Source: an uncultured cyanobacterium
Lineage (GTDB): Bacteria > Cyanobacteriota > Cyanobacteriia > Cyanobacteriales > CAWUOF01
Direction of reading: 5' to 3'
Assembly (NCBI GenBank): GCA_963744145.1
Contig: CAVUSO010000001.1
Coordinates: 4,192,001 to 4,256,000 of the forward strand
DNA length: 64,000 bases
Positions within the stretch are counted from its first letter, which is position 1. Every line of letters starts with the position of its first letter. A program made the position numbers and the translations under genes. The notes beneath the pieces are model-generated. The model was not told the DNA's origin, did not search any database, and was given only the letters and a program-made list of their open reading frames with translations. Shown piece by piece: positions 63,836-64,000 of the stretch.

Positions 63836-64000
63836 TTATATATTAATCCATAAAATCTCATCAACACTGATCGCTATGTCTGGAAATGAAAGAGGTGAGA
63901 TACTTTCGCCGCGTCTAAATTGTTGGATACTTTCATAACCGTTCAGACCAGGATTGCGATAAACCTCAACTAATTCAGCATTTACGTCTACGATCCAAAG
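63836..64000 (-). CDS. Second Uma2 family paralogue, 3' end only (5' outside window)
   Basis: LWIVDVNAELVEVYRNPGLNGYESIQQFRRGESISPLSFPDIAISVDEILWINI*, near-identical to 62862-63020. Confidence 0.85.
   Translation of the reverse strand, partial: LWIVDVNAELVEVYRNPGLNGYESIQQFRRGESISPLSFPDIAISVDEILWINI

Noticed and set aside
1..64000. High density of GCGATCGC
   Set aside because: This is the well-known cyanobacterial HIP1; used only as a marker of taxon and gene residence.

Overview
64 kb of a low-GC cyanobacterial chromosome, judged from abundant HIP1 GCGATCGC sites and the genes chlD, apcD and psbM; probably filamentous, Oscillatoriales-like (inference). Most of it is housekeeping: chlD, rlmD, apcD, tolC, psbM, rnj-dapA-asd, tig-clpP-clpX, tRNA-Met, ssb, trpS, metF, mfd, cimA, pacS. 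Accessory content: (1) a four-gene operon at 33953-38577 encoding a PP2C phosphatase, a YegI-type kinase, a nicotinamidase-like hydrolase and a vWA protein, i.e. a TerY-P-like triad with an added NAD-related enzyme; (2) an AT-rich ABC/AAA ATPase plus TOPRIM-like pair; (3) a layered set of non-coding repeats, in which TIR-bounded elements carrying GTAG/REP-like hairpins have been tandemly amplified together with the ends of neighbouring host genes (rubredoxin 5' end, mfd 3' end) and invaded by a 24-nt mini-element; (4) a toxin-antitoxin islet bracketed by a duplicated ferredoxin 3' end; (5) two long genes each split by one extra A after CCG. The ORF track missed an MCP, psbM, rubredoxin and a second Uma2 gene. 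All calls are from motif recognition by eye, without database searches.
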